Source of the DNA: a virus
Lineage: Duplodnaviria; Caudoviricetes
Strand: one strand, 5' to 3'
DNA: 57,382 nt
IMG/VR virus record: IMGVR_UViG_3300012200_000006
Coordinates: 1 to 57,382 of that record
In this document: positions 55,886 to 57,382 of the stretch, piece by piece
Layout: the number at the start of each line of letters is the position of its first letter
Numbering within the stretch: the stretch's first letter is position 1
The notes under the pieces: model-generated
Databases searched by the model: none
What the model was told of the DNA's origin: nothing
Seen by the model: the letters and a program-made list of their open reading frames with translations, nothing else
Made by a program: the position numbers and the translations under genes

Positions 55886-56287
55886 TCATGTTACTTGCTC
55901 TTTCACTGTAAGCTGCAAGGAATCACCGCTTACTAGGTTGATCACGTTCATGGTCGCAGAGACAGACATATTCCCCACAGTAGAGGCGTCAAATGTCCCA
56001 GCCTCGTCGATGGCCCTTCCCGTAGTAATCGATACTGTCCCTAAGGTCTGGTAGGTATCGCCCGTTTGTGTCGTAGTAACGGTAGATTCCGTGCCAGCAG
56101 CACGAGTTTCGACTTCTGTACTGAGTGCCACATCAGCAGCAACGGCTGTTCTCGCGGCTCCTGTAGCCCCTGTGCCAATTCCGATATACCTCGGAGACGT
56201 AGCATAGGTTCCAGGAGTAGTTCTGAGACGATCAGCGAGCATTGCCTTGCCTTTGTTGGACACCACAGTTGCCACGCCAAATGCCAT
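55886..56287 (-). CDS. Tail-collar-fibre-like small structural protein
   Basis: VVSNKG...YIGIGTG...AD.AL.TE...IDEAG.FDA...GNM. Confidence 0.65.
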   Translation of the reverse strand: MAFGVATVVSNKGKAMLADRLRTTPGTYATSPRYIGIGTGATGAARTAVAADVALSTEVETRAAGTESTVTTTQTGDTYQTLGTVSITTGRAIDEAGTFDASTVGNMSVSATMNVINLVSGDSLQLTVKEQVT

Positions 56288-56296
56288 TAGATGCTC

Positions 56297-56590
56297 CTAG
56301 TCCTCTATGGGATCGTTGAAGATGTGCCTCTCATTGGCTTGAGCCTGCAACTCTTCATTCAAGACCGGGTCAGGATCATACCCAGCTACCAGTCCTAGTG
56401 GGAACTCGTCCCCGGCTTTGACGGTATACCCGAGTCTTTTGGTCAGTATTGCAGCATGTTCTTCACCCACCACCACAGTGGCATGGACTTCCACGCGCTT
56501 CTGTGGCATTTCAGGCTCTAATTTGACTTGCCTGGCAGTTCCGATGGATGGTGCGGGTTGTGCGTGGCTTATCTTGGTGCTTTCAGCCAA
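56297..56590 (-). CDS. Hypothetical protein
   Basis: GAGG SD; operon packing. Confidence 0.65.
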   Translation of the reverse strand: MAESTKISHAQPAPSIGTARQVKLEPEMPQKRVEVHATVVVGEEHAAILTKRLGYTVKAGDEFPLGLVAGYDPDPVLNEELQAQANERHIFNDPIED

Positions 56591-56870
56591 CCCGACGTAC
56601 CTCGTCCTCGGTTACGACCAGTTCGCCGCCTGTCCATTTGGGGTCAGCGTAGTCTTCTGGGTACTCACTGGGATTGAAGTTGACCCTGAGGTAGGTGTGC
56701 TCATCATTGTCGAAGGCAACGATCTCTCCCTCGGTATTCATGGTAGGTGCCGCGGAATCATCCGCTGGTGAAATGTCACCATGCAAGATTGCGACCCTAT
56801 CTCCGACCTGGAAGCGATGCATCTTGGACTGCTCGGGTGGTTGCTTGGTGGGTTCGGGCGTCTCGGTCAA
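56583..56870 (-). CDS. Small SH3/KOW-like protein
   Basis: AAGGAG SD; FQVGDRV...GEIV...LRVNF. Confidence 0.65.
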   Translation of the reverse strand: MTETPEPTKQPPEQSKMHRFQVGDRVAILHGDISPADDSAAPTMNTEGEIVAFDNDEHTYLRVNFNPSEYPEDYADPKWTGGELVVTEDEVRRVG

Positions 56871-57181
56871 GTTGGCTCCTTCCTAAGCTCTTTGAGCATC
56901 TTCTCGAACTCCGGCTCGGTAGCAGAGGCATCCTTGCCGAAGAAGAACTCGAATGCGAACTTAATCGCATTGAGACGTGCTGAATCCGAACCATGATCCG
57001 CGATGTCTACGAGGTTCCTCGCGAAATCCGGGATGCGATCACCGATGACTTTCTTGGCTACCTGGCGAACCTTCTCGGGATCACCAGTAGCCTTTGCAAT
57101 CTCGAACTCTTGCTCGATGGCCTCGTGCCATCCCTGCAAACTCTTAAGGTATTCGTCGGGATCGTCAGGATTAAAGCCCAA
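56867..57181 (-). CDS. Putative terminase small subunit (TTG start at 57181)
   Basis: AAGGAGG SD; first late gene; helical LVDIA.HG.DSARLNA motif. Confidence 0.55.
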   Translation of the reverse strand: MGFNPDDPDEYLKSLQGWHEAIEQEFEIAKATGDPEKVRQVAKKVIGDRIPDFARNLVDIADHGSDSARLNAIKFAFEFFFGKDASATEPEFEKMLKELRKEPT

Positions 57182-57248
57182 GGTAGCGCCTCCTTGGAAA
57201 GTGTGAGAGAGATGGAAGGATAGTACACTTCCGGGAGGATTGTTGTCT

Positions 57249-57254
57249 AGTATA
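57249..57254 (-). promoter_or_regulatory. Late-operon -10 element TATACT with no -35 consensus
   Basis: The 26-bp direct repeat occupies the expected -35 region. Confidence 0.45.
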
Positions 57255-57259
57255 GTGAC

Positions 57260-57382
57260 CAAAATGACACTTCGTTCGAAAAGGGCGAAACATTGAGTCC
57301 AAAATGACACTTCGTTCGAAAAGGGTGATAGTCACCGCAAATTACTTGTGCTGGCAAAAGAATGCTTCCAAAATCATAATGC
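57260..57382. repeat. Terminal 123-bp direct repeat (copy 2)
   Basis: Identical to 1-123. Confidence 0.95.

Noticed and set aside
56867-57310. 147-aa version of the putative terS ORF
   Set aside because: The extension runs through the promoter and repeats; the strong AAGGAGG SD points to TTG at 57181.
57260-57382. Biological direct terminal repeat
   Set aside because: An exact 123-bp overlap is equally explained by assembler circularisation; this cannot be decided without reads.

Overview
The window is a complete, circularly assembled ~57.26-kb tailed-phage (siphovirus-like) genome: bases 1-123 are repeated exactly at 57260-57382. It has two arms. The + strand (about 830-30740) carries many small early genes, then an Rpf-type transglycosylase, SNF2 helicase, ThyX, Cas4/PD-(D/E)xK nuclease, Sak4-like ATPase, SSB, RepB-type primase-helicase, a UDG-PolA fusion and a RuvC-like resolvase. 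The - strand (about 57180-30800) carries putative TerS, a 7-kb fibre/appendage-like block, TerL, portal, Mu-like protease/scaffold, capsid, neck, tail, tape measure and lysis genes. I found no integrase, canonical tRNA or CRISPR array. The Rpf domain suggests an actinobacterial host (inference). The most striking unexplained signal is an acidic helical N-terminal tag, [DN]-E-L-[STD]-L-[DE]-[EQ]-I-[ED]-[AG]-[IVL], shared by five otherwise unrelated proteins including the DNA polymerase. Other notable signals are a ~450-nt highly structured non-coding leader at the start of the early operon, a 47-nt tRNA-like minihelix, a structured leader plus ATT start on the Rpf gene, two related hairpin loci at opposite poles of the genome, and a UDG domain with altered catalytic motifs. 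All protein family calls come from motif recognition by eye, with no database searches.
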